Assembly (NCBI GenBank): GCA_013239625.1
Contig: MU054187.1
Coordinates: 14,046,974 to 14,110,973 of the forward strand
Direction: 5' to 3'
DNA length: 64,000 nt
From: Lama guanicoe
Taxonomy: Eukaryota
Notes under the pieces: generated by a model
Seen by the model: only the letters and a program-made list of their open reading frames with translations
What the model was told of the DNA's origin: nothing
Databases searched by the model: none
Made by a program: the position numbers and the translations under genes
Shown: one piece after another, positions 27,561 to 39,632 of the stretch
Layout: every line of letters begins with the position of its first letter
Position numbering within the stretch: the first letter of the stretch is position 1

Positions 27561-28369
27561 GGAGACAGATAAATTATCTGTGATAGAAAACGTTTGTCAT
27601 AGGTCAAAAAAAAAATCGTGATGCAGAGTGAGCATTCAAAGGATACTTCTCATGCTACAACTTAACAATCGATAAGGGAGGGAGGGATGTCAGTGACTGG
27701 CCTGATCCACCTTCCTGAGGGATCTCTGACTTAGCGGCACCCTGCTCCTTCAGTTCCCTGATTCTTATGGACTTAGTCCCACCAGGTACCATACTGGTGC
27801 TCCGTGGAGAGCAGTGAGAGAAAATATTAGACATCTGAAATCAGAAGAAATTTCTGAAGCCAAAAGAGCAAACACAGTAAGCCATATTCATGAATGTTCC
27901 TTGTATTTGTGTGGTAGCTTTCAAGCCAGCTTCTTGGGTCTCTGGCCCCCATCCCATCTCATGCTTGGCTTTTTTGCGCACTGGGCTTATAAGTGAGCTA
28001 ATAAGAAAGAATTTCATAATTTTTTTAAAAAAAGATTGAAAATCTTTGCATGGGGGAAGTTATACTATGTATTCTATTGCTTAACCAAAGAATTCATTAC
28101 ATAGTGACCTCTACTGGAAAGAGCGAATGTTATCACCAGGGCTGACAAAATAAGTAGGCAATTTTGTCTGTTTAATCAAGGAATTGGTTAATTTGGAAAG
28201 GCAATGCTGGTCAAATCTGTTATTTAAAGTAAGGCCCAATTGTACTCTGAATATTTTTATTTTAAAGAAAGATTTTGTGAACTATTTCAAACTTTTGAAG
28301 TATAGAAAATAATACAATAAACACATACCTGCCACCCAGTCTTATCAAATCTTAATATTTGAGCACACC

Positions 28370-28820
28370 ATTAAAGAGAAAACCACGGGCCTAAGATGAT
28401 GCCACTTGTGCTAAAAGTCCATGATACCAAGCCTAGACTTCATACCTGACTTAACTGTAGTTTTGACCTTCCCCAGAAAGGTAATCTTACTCAACTATCT
28501 ACAAGTTTCTGGTTAGTACCAACAAGATGATCTGTTAAGTGGGCCTTCTTCATCTCCCTGAGGAAGAAGAGGCATCTGCATGATAAAACCCTCGCTTTTC
28601 CCTTCACCCCCCAAAAGATATCCTGGCCTAAAAATAATCCTTTCTTTCCCTTTACCAACAGCTCCCTTGCCCATCATTTTTCCTATAAAAACCTTCCATT
28701 TTGTACAGCATCCTTGAGCACCCCCCTGTTTAATAGAGAGGGTTCTGCCTGATTCTTAAATTGCTGAATAAAGCCAATTAGGTCTTCAAATTTACCCAGC
28801 TGAACATTGTTTTTTAACAC
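28370..28820 (+). mobile_element. Solo ERV1-class LTR
   Basis: cctataaaaacc TATA, gctgaataaagccaatta polyA signal, ...tttttaaca end. Confidence 0.7.
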
Positions 28821-28908
28821 TTCAGGTCATTTTTTAGTAGGACAATTCTGTCTACATGAAGCCCCCCTGTCCCTTCTATTGTGGGCACAATGCGGCGGCT
28901 GGTGACGT

Positions 28909-29370
28909 GGTGACCCGTGGGTTGGTAAAAGAATTTACCAGAGATAAAGTATGAGAATAGAAAGGAGTTTATTAGGGTACACTGCTGTAGACAACAGGGG
29001 GCCACGCAGATGAGAGGTGACTGTGCGAGTGAGCTCCAAGGGCTGGTTATTGGGGTCTTTTATAAGGTCAGGCCACAAGATGCCTGATCGGCTTGTGCAC
29101 AAGTCTCTGACTGGCTGTAGGTGAGGTAAGAGTTTTAGGGTCTGTAAAGGGGTTTGACTCTGATAAGGTGGGCTGAAACAAGCCAGCCTGTGCTGTTGTG
29201 ACATTGGGCGTCACCTAGGGCTTTGTTAGCGGAAACACACCCAGTAAAGAAAGTACTTATCTGTTGAGGGATCGCAGGCAGACATCTGAGAGCCCAGGAA
29301 TGGGGGTCGTTGGACTTTGAAGGATATCAGTTGGCCCAACACCTCCCCTTCATCCCCTTTCAAGAGGGTA
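28909..29370 (-). mobile_element. ERV LTR-like element
   Basis: tttattag (AATAAA on minus) and ttttataag (TATA on minus) in LTR-like order; right boundary uncertain. Confidence 0.55.
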
Positions 29371-29975
29371 CTGCTGAAACCGAGCAGGACCCTGTGAGGC
29401 CTCCCCGGGTACAAAAGCCTTTCTGACTCCCCCATTTCTCATTTGTAGGAAAAAAGTTTTAGCTTCCTAGATCTTCCTTGAGTTCCAAAGGGCAGATTCA
29501 AACAGTTGCTAAACAGGGAAGGGAGGAAATGTAGAAACAAAGGAAAGGCAGTCAAGAAACAATAGTGCAGCCTTGGGGCAGGGGCCTGGTTTCCCCCAAG
29601 GGATATGTATAGCAATCTGGTAAGTGTCTCTGAGTTCTTCCGTTGAAACTAAGGCCCCCCTCCAGGTGGAGGTTGGTAACTTCAGGCTGAGCACCAATCT
29701 TGGACTCCAGACTGGTTGCAACCGGAAGGCTGGTGATCGAGATTCCTGATGATTGAGATTCCACCCTGATATCTCACTCCCAACAATCAGAGGAAAGTCG
29801 CACACCCTGCAGCCCTTCCAGCAAATTTTGCCTGTAAAAACTCTTCCCTGAAAACCATCCGGGAGATCAGGCTTTTTGAGCGCAAGCCACCTGTTCTCCT
29901 TGCTTAGCCCTTGCAGTAAACCTTTCTCTACTCCAAACTCTGATGTTTCCATTTGTTTGGTCTCATTGTCCAAAA
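29371..29975 (+). mobile_element. Solo ERV LTR
   Basis: gaaaccgagcaggaccctgtg start; ttgcagtaaacctttctctactccaaactc 3' region, related to the 22680 element. Confidence 0.7.
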
Positions 29976-30054
29976 CACTACTTGGTATTTATCTTTCAAA
30001 GTATGAATATTTTCATACTTCTTCATATAAATGAATTATGTATGTATGTGTGTA

Positions 30055-30173
30055 TTTTTTGGTAGAGGGCGTAGTTGTATTTTTTATTTACTCTTAGAGG
30101 AGGTACTGGGAATTGAACTCAGGACCTCATGAATGCTAAGCATGTGCTCTACCACTTGAGCTATACCCTCCCC
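30055..30173 (-). mobile_element. tRNA-derived SINE (Vic-1-like)
   Basis: Reverse complement of the same SINE; tcatataaat direct repeats flank it. Confidence 0.85.
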
Positions 30174-30632
30174 TCATATAAATATATTTATATATAAAAT
30201 AGGGTATAATGTTGCAAAATTTACATTTTTATGTAAATGGAATCTCACACACACACACACACACACCCCTTTCTGAAATTTCCGCTTCCTGCCTGTTGTA
30301 TTGGCCTGCTATTGCAATCATACCCCTCTCAAGGGAAAAAAAAGCAAAACTTTTGAGATTTAACCTGATGGGGAAAACATGATTCTTCATAATAGAGGTA
30401 CGTAGGATAAAGCTGCTGAAGGGATTTTGTACAAAAATGTTTGAAAACCAGGACAAGCAGCATTATTAGTGACAAATTAATATCATTGTTAGTGACAAAT
30501 ACTCAACATCATAAACATAAGAATTTAAGAAACTTATGGGTTTCAAAGTGTTCTTTAGAAAACAGTCCAAGGAGGAAACAGTCTTGGGAATTATAACAGC
30601 AGGCGGAATGTCTTCTAGGTTTTGAGGGATTC

Positions 30633-31026
30633 TGTGTTAGTTAACTTAGTCTGTCATATAAAATACCACAAATGGGGTGGCTTAAACAACAGAAATTTAT
30701 TTTCTCATAGTTCTGAAGGCCAGGGAGTCAAGATCAAGGTGCTGGCTGATTTGATTCTGAGTGAAGGCTCTCTTCCTGGCTTATAGACAGCTACCTTCTC
30801 ACTGTGTCTTTACATAGCTGGGGAAGGAGAGAGGGTGGAGAGTGAGATCTTTGATGTCTTTTCTTATAAGGATACCAATCTTATTGGATCAGGGACCCAC
30901 CCTTATGACCACATTTAATCTGAATTACTTCCTTATAGGCCCTATCTCCAAGTACAGTCGCATTGAGGGTTAGGGCTTCAACATATGATTTGGGAGTGGG
31001 GGGAGTGCACAATTCAGTCCATAGCA
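30633..31026 (-). mobile_element. MLT1A-like MaLR LTR
   Basis: ggtggcttaaacaacagaaatttattttctcatagttctg...gggcttcaacatatga...ttcagtccatagca. Confidence 0.85.
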
Positions 31027-31469
31027 GAATCTTTCCACAGTATCGCTGTCCGGTAGTCATTCAGCCATTACATCAGTGATTCTAGTGATAAGAAATTAGT
31101 ACCTGGAAATACTTCATTGCAGTAAAATAAATAAATAAATAAATAACCCCCTCCTCCCCAAAATAAAGGCTTTGATGATGTTGGATGTTATAAACAGAAA
31201 GGTTTTTAAAGTAAACTTTTTATTCAGTTATAACGCATATACTGAAAAGTGCCCAAATCATGTTCAATGAATTTTCATAAAGTGACTACACTGATGTAAC
31301 TATTACCCACACAGAGAAATAGAACATAACCAGACTCCCTCCTCCCATCCCCTTTTGTGCTTGAGAGTAAGTTTCCAAATTCAGAAATATTCACTTATTG
31401 TTGTACAAGCTAAAATCTACAGTCTATTTCAGACTTTGACTGAAATTCATTTCCATAATAATATACTCT

Positions 31470-31665
31470 TTCTGGAGCAATTAATTCTCAAAATTTGGTT
31501 CCCAGACAAGCAGCCTCATTATCACCTGTGAACTTAAGACTTGCAAATTCAAGGATCCCAGTCCAGCCCTACAGAGCAGAAACTCTGGAGGTGGGGCCGA
31601 GCAATCTGTGTTTTAATAAGCCCCGGGGCTGATTCTGAGGCCTGTGGGTTTGGAGAAGCATGGAT
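31470..31665. mobile_element. MER5A-like hAT element
   Basis: cagaaactctggaggtggggccgagcaatctgtgttttaataagccc...gattctga. Confidence 0.75.
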
Positions 31666-31899
31666 CTAGGTCTGTTGGAAGAGTGTTGGTTCGCGATTGA
31701 AGAGTAACTGTTAAGCGAATACTGGAATCTAAAGCGTTACGCTTGAATAACGGTGACAAGTTTTAATCACCTCTTTTTGAAACACACTGCGGGTAACAGG
31801 CTTTTCCATTTTAACCAACTATATTGTTGTTCTAGTCAATGTTGCATTTTAGCACGAGGATAAAGCAGCCCGCTCAGCTCCTACCCTCTTTCCCAGCAC

Positions 31900-32600
31900 A
31901 GTTAGAACTTGTTCAGTTTACCAACAAACTGGCGCCCTAGAGCCGCGGGGAATTCAAGGTCAAGGGGCGGGAGCAGGTCTCGGCCAATCAGAAGCCAGGC
32001 TCGAGTCTCTCGCCCATCCCAGCGGTGTGATTGGTGGTTTCCCGCGGGCGGAAGCGATCCTCGGCGGCTCCGCCCCGCGACCTCCAGCACAAGCCAATCG
32101 TCTCCCGGCGCTGGAAAGAGCAGAAGCCGCGCGAGCGATTTAACATGGCGGAGGACGCAGCCTCAGCGGCTCCGAGCCCGCGAGGGCGTGCTGACGGGGA
32201 GGATGCGGGCCCCTCGGAGGAGCGGACGGTGGAAACGGCGAGAGAGAATCAGGAACAGTTTGAGTGCCAGGAACTGCTCGAATGCCAGGTGCAGTTGGAG
32301 GCCCCAGAGGAAGAGGAGGACTCGGGCCTGGTAGCTGAGGCCGAGGCGGTAGCTGCCGGCTGGATGCTCGATTTCCTCTGCCTCTCTCTTTGCCGGGCCT
32401 TCCGTGACGGCCGCTCCGACGACTTCCACCGGACCCGCGACAGCGCCGAGGGTGAGTGCCAGGCGCGGGCCCGGGGGTCTGGTTTGCCGCGCTGTCCTCC
32501 CGGGGGGTGGGGGTGTCGGGGCTCCTGCGGCGCCGGAGCGAGGGCTCCAGGCTCCGAGTTGAACGTTAGTTCGAATTCCGCGTCGGCCTCTTAGCAACTC
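31900..32600 (+). promoter_or_regulatory. CpG island / TATA-less TERF1 promoter
   Basis: High GC and CpG density; CCAAT at 31984 and 32094, ATTGG at 32030; GC boxes at 31964 and 32070; CGGAAG at 32049; TCAAGGTCA at 31954; YY1-like AACATGGCG over the ATG. Confidence 0.9.
32145..32451 (+). CDS. TERF1: TERF1 coding exon 1 (acidic N-terminus, tankyrase-binding motif, start of TRFH domain)
   Basis: Kozak-like AACATGG; translates MAEDAASAAPSPRGRADGED...AEAEAVAAGWMLDFLCLSLCRAFRDGRSDDFHRTRDSAE, a recognisable TRF1 N-terminus; donor G|GTGAGT; 307 nt. Confidence 0.98.
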
Positions 32601-33359
32601 CTCGTTTTGCTCAGATTCTCAGTTTTTCTCCGGTAACGGTAGAATGAGAATAAGACCCTCGGCTAGAGTTGCTAGAGGGTTAAATGAGTGGAAAATGTAT
32701 AAAATTGCACCTAACCTAGTGTCCAACTCCTTTTCTTTGGCGCGTGTATTTTTTTTTTGAACTGAGTTATTCCTGCAATGGCATTTATTTAGCAAGTCAC
32801 TGTGACCTAGGCTTCAGTGTTTTCTATGAATTTGTGAGCTGTTTAAATCAGTATAGGCTTCATAATAGAGGTAACCGACGGTGAAATCCGCCTAAACAAT
32901 GCAGCTTGTAAACGATGGACAAAGACATTGACGCGTAGAGACTAGCTGGCTTTTTTGAATGATGCTCTAGTATTTGTTTAGTTGGCACCCAACTATTGCA
33001 GCTGAGTGCAGCCCCAAAGCTAGTGTTTAGTGGAAAATTAAATACTTCAGAAAACCATATTGACACATTTCTTGTTCACGGTTATCCCATGAGTTACAAA
33101 AGTAATCTCAGTTTATAGAGGAGTGAACTAGTTAAGCAACCTAAAGTATTGATAGGTAGGTTAAAAAGATTGTTCTAGACCCATGCCTTATCATCCAATT
33201 CAAGAACCGTTCCTCTGTGTCCGGATAACATTACAGCCGTGGTTAATTAACATTAATTAGAAAGTTAAATCCTGGAATGAAACCAGTTCACCATAATTAG
33301 AATTTTTAAAAAGTCCTGTTTGGGGAGGAGGTAATGATATATTTCCTTGTTCTCTCAGA

Positions 33360-34620
33360 TGAAAGGGCACTGAAGCAATGTAACCCTAGTAGCAACTGCT
33401 ACACTTAGTACCCAGGTCTTGGTTTCTAATACCATTCTTCAGAGAAATTGCCTGATTCTAGGACTAGGACAGGAAATATGCAAGTTGAACCTGGAGTGTC
33501 TGTGACAGAAAGTAAGGAAGTGCTAGAAACAAAGCCAAACAAGACTCCCAAACTAACAAAAACTCCCACAAAGAAGGGGGCCCAAGGGGACACAAGAGCC
33601 AATTACAAGAACTCCCAGTGGCCAAAGCTGAAATAACTCAAGCAAGAAAGTAAAGTACAGTTGACCCTTAAACAACAGGTTTGAACTGTACCTGTCCACT
33701 TACGTGCCAGTTTTGTTTTATTTTGTTTGCATAGTAAGTACTACAGTACTACACGATCTGTGGTTGGTTAAGGCCGGCTATAAAGTTACACAGGTATTTT
33801 CAACTGCTCAGAGGATCAGGGCCCCTAACCCACACATTGTTCAGGAGTCAACAGTAGTGTTGGATTATAATCCGAAGTATACAGTATCTGTAAGCCCATA
33901 CTGATGTAAATAAATGGCAGAATAAATACATGAGTGGGAGAAGAGACAAATCTCCTATACAGAAGAATTCCTCTGTCCTCAAGGAGATGAGGCATAAATT
34001 ACCATTCCTTAAGTATAGGCTGTGCGAAGTGACTTTCTTCTGAAGAGTGTAGTGTAGAAAGGGAGAGAAAGAATAACTTTTGGTAGAGAAACCTGACAAA
34101 CACTGCCTCACCTAGGTAATCAAGGTCAACGTCAGCAGTGATGGTTGGTAGCTTGTACACTTGATATAATGTGATGAAAATGGAACTTTACCCCTGTGAT
34201 CTTCTTCCCGAAACCCTGTAATTCTAGTCTAATCATGAGAAAAACTTCAGACAAAGCCCAATAGAGAGGTACATTCTACAAAATACCTCAAAACTGTCAA
34301 GGTCATCGAAACCAAGGGAAAGTCTGAGAAACTTACAGCCAAGAGATCCCTAAAGAGACATGACAGCTAAATGTAATGTGGTACCTTGGATGGAATCCTG
34401 CGGCAGAAAAAAGATGTTAAGTAAAAGCTAAGGAAATCTGAATAAAGCATGGACTCTAATTAATGATGTATCAATATTGGTTAATTACTGTATCAAATAC
34501 TAACATAAGATGCCAATAATAGGGGGAACTTGGTAGAGGGTATATGGGACTTCCACTGTCTTTCTTCACTACATTCTGTGAATTTAAAACCATTCTAAAA
34601 AGTAAAGTTCATTTAAGAAA
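33360..34620 (+). mobile_element. Old L1M (L1MC-like) 3' region with nested Tigger2-type MITE (~33655-33856)
   Basis: L1MC motifs (gtagagaaacctgacaaacactgcctc, aaatgtaatgtggtaccttggatggaatcctg); TA-cagttgaccctt...tcaacagta TIRs. Confidence 0.75.
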
Positions 34621-34798
34621 AAATAAATAAATAAAGACGCCTTTCAAAGTTCTAGCCCAAGACCCAAGGAATAATCTAGGCCACCTCCATTACTTTAGGA
34701 TTAAAGGCACAGAAACCCAGAAAGAGTAAACTAGTTTTCAATTTGCATTGCTAAATCAGTGACAGATATACAAATTGTGAACATAGTGTTGTCTCAAT

Positions 34799-34853
34799 AT
34801 TCCATTTTTTTAAAAATTGAAGTATAGTTGATTTACATCTGCATTCCATTTTT
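34799..34853 (-). mobile_element. ~30-bp L1 3' tip
   Basis: TSD attccatttttt on both sides of aaaaattgaagtatagttgatttaca. Confidence 0.7.
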
Positions 34854-34929
34854 GACTGAAAGGACTTCCTTTTATGAACTCTTCTGTAGAGTTCCATTTA
34901 CTACAGTTTTCAAGATTGTAAAAATATAC

Positions 34930-35372
34930 AACAAAGAGCATGCAGCTCCCAAGTGAATTGAGTTTGATCTCTGGCTCTGCTAGTTTATAGCCATGATACT
35001 TGAAGCAAGTACTTGGTACCACCACCGTTTCCTTGGTACCACAATTTCCATCTGTAAAATGATAGTAATAATAATATCTACCCTAAAGGGCTGTTGAGAG
35101 AAGCAAATGGACTAATGTATATAAAGCAGAGTCTCTCAGTCTCAGCCTGTTGACATTTTGTACCACATCATCCTTTGTTCTGGGTATGCTAGGGATGGGG
35201 GGCAGGGGGGCGGTGCAGGGGTAGAGATTCTCCTGTGCATTATAGGATCCCTGATCTCAACCACTAGGTGTCAGTAGCACCCACTCCTCCCCCTTTCCAC
35301 TTATGACAATTAAAAAATGTCTCTAGATATCGTCCCTAGGGGACAAATCACCCCCAGTTGAAAACTACTGGT
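34930..35372 (+). mobile_element. MIR interrupted by a MER20-like element
   Basis: MIR core catctgtaaaatgatagtaataata; MER20 end aaatgtctctagata...ggggacaaatcacccccagttgaaaactactg. Confidence 0.7.
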
Positions 35373-35457
35373 AAAAAAAAAAGGGGGGGGGGAGAAAACC
35401 ACTGGTATAAAGTGCTTAGCAGAGGGGCTGGGGTTAAAGTGCTTAAGGGGAGTTGTT

Positions 35458-35728
35458 NNNNNNNNNNNNNNNNNNNNNNNNNNNNNNNNNNNNNNNNNNN
35501 NNNNNNNNNNNNNNNNNNNNNNNNNNNNNNNNNNNNNNNNNNNNNNNNNNNNNNNNNNNNNNNNNNNNNNNNNNNNNNNNNNNNNNNNNNNNNNNNNNNN
35601 NNNNNNNNNNNNNNNNNNNNNNNNNNNNNNNNNNNNNNNNNNNNNNNNNNNNNNNNNNNNNNNNNNNNNNNNNNNNNNNNNNNNNNNNNNNNNNNNNNNN
35701 NNNNNNNNNNNNNNNNNNNNNNNNNNNN
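35458..35728. other. Assembly gap (271 N)
   Basis: Run of N. Confidence 1.
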
Positions 35729-36666
35729 AAAAAAAAAGGGGGGGGGGAGAAAACCACTGGTATAAAGTGCTTACAATAGTGCCTGGTGTTAAAGTGCTTA
35801 AGTGTAGTTGTTGCTGTCATCAGCTCCTCCCTCATGTGTTTTTGTCAGCAGTGTTTGGTTACAGGTATGGAAAAAGCAGATAACCAGGTTCAACCAGGGT
35901 AGATTTTCATAGTTTTTGTTTTGTTTTTTTGCCTAACGGGTACAAAGAATAGAAGGTCAATGGTTTGTGGGATATCTGTAGTGATTGCATAGTAGACACA
36001 CTGAAGATGAAGAGAAGTGAAGACAGAAGGGATCTGGACTTTCTTCCCTTGACTAGATTAGATCTTTCTTTTGTTTGCTCCTATACCGCACTTATCCTTT
36101 ATGACACATTAACATTTTAATTAGTCACGAATAACTTTAATTTGTGCCTTCTCAGACTTTATTTCCTCAGAGAAACCTTTCCTGGTATCTGCTCCCTCTA
36201 AACAGCTACTGAAATACATTCTAAGATTTCTTTGTAATATGCGTTCATAGCATTTTGTACTTGTCTTTTTCAGTTTTCTCCACAATTTTGCTTTAGTTGT
36301 TCAGTCATTTGTCTTTTATTGCTACATGATAAACCTGTTGAAGACCAGGATTATGGTTTACTCATCATTGTACATACTCACTGCCTAGCATAACATCTGG
36401 GTGGGCATTCAAATATTGGGGAGATTAATATTAATATATTTTTAAAAGCTTTGTAAACTGAACGGAATCTCACTGAAACCTTGACAGAATTAATATGTTT
36501 CCTATAATATTAGGCATTTTAAGGTATAAAGTTAGGTTCCAACCGATGATTTGACACATTTTATAAATTTGGATCTAAATCTCCCTCTTTGTTACTTGTG
36601 ATGCTTACTTTGATACTTGTGATACTTAATGCTACTTGTGAAAGTATGTAGTTTTTGGTTTAGGTG

Positions 36667-36802
36667 TTTTTTTTTTTCCGGGGGGCAGGTAAATAGGTTT
36701 ATTTATTTAATTTTTTTTTTTTAATGGAGGTACTGGGAACTGAACCCAGGTCTTCCTGCATGCTAAGCATACACTCTACCACTTGAGCTATACCTTCTTC
36801 CT
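36667..36802 (-). mobile_element. tRNA-derived SINE (Vic-1-like)
   Basis: Same family; TSD gaaagtatgt(a/g)gttttt at 36640 and 36804. Confidence 0.88.
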
Positions 36803-37062
36803 GGAAAGTATGTGGTTTTAAATAGGTATTATTCTGCATATGAAACCTCAGTTTTATTTTGAAAGAAAAGTGTTCATTGTTATTCTTTTTTCTGATTCCT
36901 TAAAAATTGTCTATAAGTAAAGCATACATCTCTAAATTTGTAATAGTCTTTGGGTGAGATTTATAGCCTATTACTCAGTAAACCACACAGAGGCACTGCT
37001 GGGTCAAATTTGGTGTTCTGTTTTGTTTTATGTTTTAATAAAAATCACTTTTTCACTTTCAG

Positions 37063-37158
37063 CTATTATTCATGGACTGTCCAGTCTAACAGCTTATCAA
37101 CTGAAAACTATATACATATGTCAATTTTTAACAAGAATTTCAGCAGGAAAAGCCCTTG
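37063..37158 (+). CDS. TERF1: TERF1 exon 2 (TRFH)
   Basis: tttcag| acceptor, (A)IIHGLSSLTAYQLKTIYICQFLTRISAGKAL, |gtaaat donor; 96 nt, phase-consistent. Confidence 0.97.
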
Positions 37159-37355
37159 GTAAATATGTTTTTTTTTTAATTGAAGAATAGTCAGTTTACA
37201 ATGTTGTGTTAATTTCTGGTGTATGGCATAGTAATAGTTATACATATATATTACTTTTCATATTCTTTTTCATTACAGGCTATTACAAGGTATTAAATAT
37301 AGTTCCCTGTGCTATACAGTAGGACCTTGTTGTGTATCGGTAAATATGTGTTTTT
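37158..37355 (-). mobile_element. L1 3' end fragment with TSD overlapping the exon 2 donor
   Basis: polyT then aattgaagaatagtcagtttacaatgttgtg...gtgctatacagtaggaccttgttg; TSD ggtaaatatgt(t/g)ttttt at 37158 and 37339. Confidence 0.88.
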
Positions 37356-38410
37356 ATCTTTCAAGTAAGTTCCCAGGTGATTGTGATGCTTATTGGGGAA
37401 CCATGCTCCTTGGACTCTGTCTTAAAGATATCACTGAATTTGACTGGATGGTAACTTTGTGATGACTCTTGTTACTATCATACATAACACTGTTTTTTAC
37501 TGGCAATTGTGATACTTGAAACCTCTTATTTGAGCTTGATTTCAGGACTTACTCAATAATAGAATGTGATTTATAGTTAAAATAGCTTTCTCCTTTGTCC
37601 TCATAGTTTATTTTAGATTGCAGCGGCCAAGCCTGGTTCAGTTTATCAGTAATGGCTGATATTTACAACATGGTCATTTAAAGGACCTTTTGATGCAAAT
37701 AATTACATATTGTTTCTTACAATTTACAAAATGCTTTCCCAATAGTCTCCAGTGGTAGGCAATAATTATACAAAACCGTTTACTTATAAACATGTTGCAT
37801 GACATAAAATCCCAGTGTATTAGTACCATTCTCATGGCCTTAACTAATCTGGCTCTGGCTCATGTTGTGTGCTTTGTTGTGGGGATGAGGTTAGGTCTGG
37901 CATTGGTGCCAGGACCATAAGTGAATTAAGACTAGAGGCAGAGTAGATACTGGGGAGACAGTAGATACGTAGGCTGGGCTAGTGGCTGAAGAAAACAGGC
38001 TGATGTAGACGCAAAGAATTCCTGACCATGCAGTCCACAAGTTAACATGGTTAACAGAGTTGTTTTGTAAATGTAACAAAATATTCTAAAGGTGCTCAGT
38101 TGGACTTTGCATATAGCAGTTGTTCAGTATATCTTCGCTTCTCCCTCCAACAACCTTTCTTCCCCCAAAAAAGGTGGAAAAAAATCCCTGTTTTGTGTGT
38201 GATCCCATTGTTTAGTCTTGGAATTCACCGGGATCCTCTTTTTGGTACATCTTAGATGTAATAAGCCAAGGTCAGTGATCAAGAATCAATACATTTCACT
38301 ATAATGGACTCAAGTGTGGCAGCATTTAAAGTTTCTTTTTAAGTCATATATTGGATTTTCAGCTATATGTAACCCTTTTGCACTTTTTTTCTTTTAGTGA
38401 TTGCTGTATA

Positions 38411-38720
38411 GCAGCACTGCCTAATAGAAATATAGTGTGACCCATATACATGGTCAAAACTTTTCTAATAGCTATGTTAAATAAAGTAGAAACAAATTGG
38501 TGGGATTAATTTTAGCAATATCTTATTTAATCCAATATTTCTAAAATACATGTCAACGTATAATCAGTATAAAACATGCTAATGAGATATTTTACCACTT
38601 TTTTTTTCAGTAGGTCTTTGAAATCTGTTGTGTATTTTACACTTAAAGTACATCTCAGTTTGGACTAGCTGTGCTTTAACTGCCCAATAATTATGTATAG
38701 CTAGTGGCTACCATATATTA
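38411..38720 (+). mobile_element. MER33-like hAT-Charlie element
   Basis: cagcactgcctaatagaaatatagt...tgtattttacactt...gctagtggctacca. Confidence 0.8.
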
Positions 38721-39099
38721 ACTTCAAACTCCTGTCCCACTTAGCCTTAATTTATGGCAAATGTCTTGCAGGGGAAACTTTTGTTTATGGCAGGCTCCCT
38801 GCTCTCCCTCCTCATAAAGGGACTTGATCTCTGAAGATCTGTGCAACTTCGGGAGATTTCCCTACCTTTCCACCCCAGCTTCCTGCGCTGCCCCCAGTAT
38901 TCAGCAAATGTTTTGTTGGGAAAAGTCAAGCATGTGTTTTCAGTTCCTCTAGTTTCCCATCCACCAAGCTAGTCCCAAGGAAACCACCAAAAGCTTTCCT
39001 TGTTTCTCTTACCCCAGTAAAACTCCTGCCTGGAGTACACCAGATCCTCAGCCTTATCAGCAAATGAGCCCAGGGAAGAAAAGAGCTGCAAATCATCAG
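38629..39099 (+). repeat. Inverted repeat, left arm (471 bp)
   Basis: Reverse complement matches 42435-42905 with no mismatch found by eye; the ORF track gives the same 60-aa translation at 38747(-) and 42605(+). Confidence 0.96.
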
Positions 39100-39270
39100 C
39101 TTGCCTGAGAAGGACTCTCTCTGGAATGTAGCTCATCTAATTCTCAGTGCTTACACAGCTGTCCCATGTCTTTTGTGACATGATTGTAATTTATCCCAAA
39201 TTTTTTCTGGTTTTAGTGAGTGTTGTCCTGCTGCAGTATCCTACATCCTACTGGAAAGTGAAAGTCTACG
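38720..39270 (-). mobile_element. Old L1M 5'-region fragment
   Basis: Ends in gtcctgctgcagtatcctacatcctactggaaagtgaaagtc, like the reverse of L1M 5' termini. Confidence 0.5.
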
Positions 39271-39369
39271 CTATGACTTTTTTAGGAAGGCAGATGAGTA
39301 AGAAGGGTTAGATAACGTCAGTCACAGACTTATTAGGAATGATGAGTATTGAAATGAGTTTCATGCTGA

Positions 39370-39632
39370 TCTTCACTCTAGTGTCACTTTCTCAGAGAGG
39401 CCATTTCTAAAAGAGCCTACTCCTCTCCCATTATTCCTTGTTCCTAATGCCTTTTTTATTCTTTTTAGCTCTTGTTACTCTGAAGTTATTTATTTATATG
39501 TTTATTACCTGTCCTGCATTATCATTATGAACATAATAAGAATAGAAACTTTGTTTTATTCACTGAGGTATCCTCAGTTTTTAGGCAACTGCCTACACAT
39601 AGTGAATGCTTAATACTTGTTGAATGAATGGA
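39370..39632 (+). mobile_element. L2 3' end
   Basis: ttgttttattcactgaggtatcctcag...cacatagtgaatgcttaatacttgttgaatgaatg. Confidence 0.75.

Noticed and set aside
32031..32144. In-frame 38-aa N-terminal extension of TERF1, and overlapping ORFs 31909-32334 and 32163-32597
   Set aside because: Non-ATG start lying in promoter motifs; GC-rich sequence is stop-poor; the recognisable protein begins at ATG 32145
35373..35815. Near-duplicate sequence (A10-G9/10-agaaaaccactggtataaagtgctta...) on both sides of the N gap
   Set aside because: The left copy degrades toward the gap with many T-to-G differences, typical of low-quality read ends after a G-run; most likely unmerged overlapping contig ends rather than a real tandem duplication
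36592..36641. Short tacttgtga tandem repeats; also small duplications at 35012-35048 and 53414-53460
   Set aside because: Ordinary slippage duplications with no further structure
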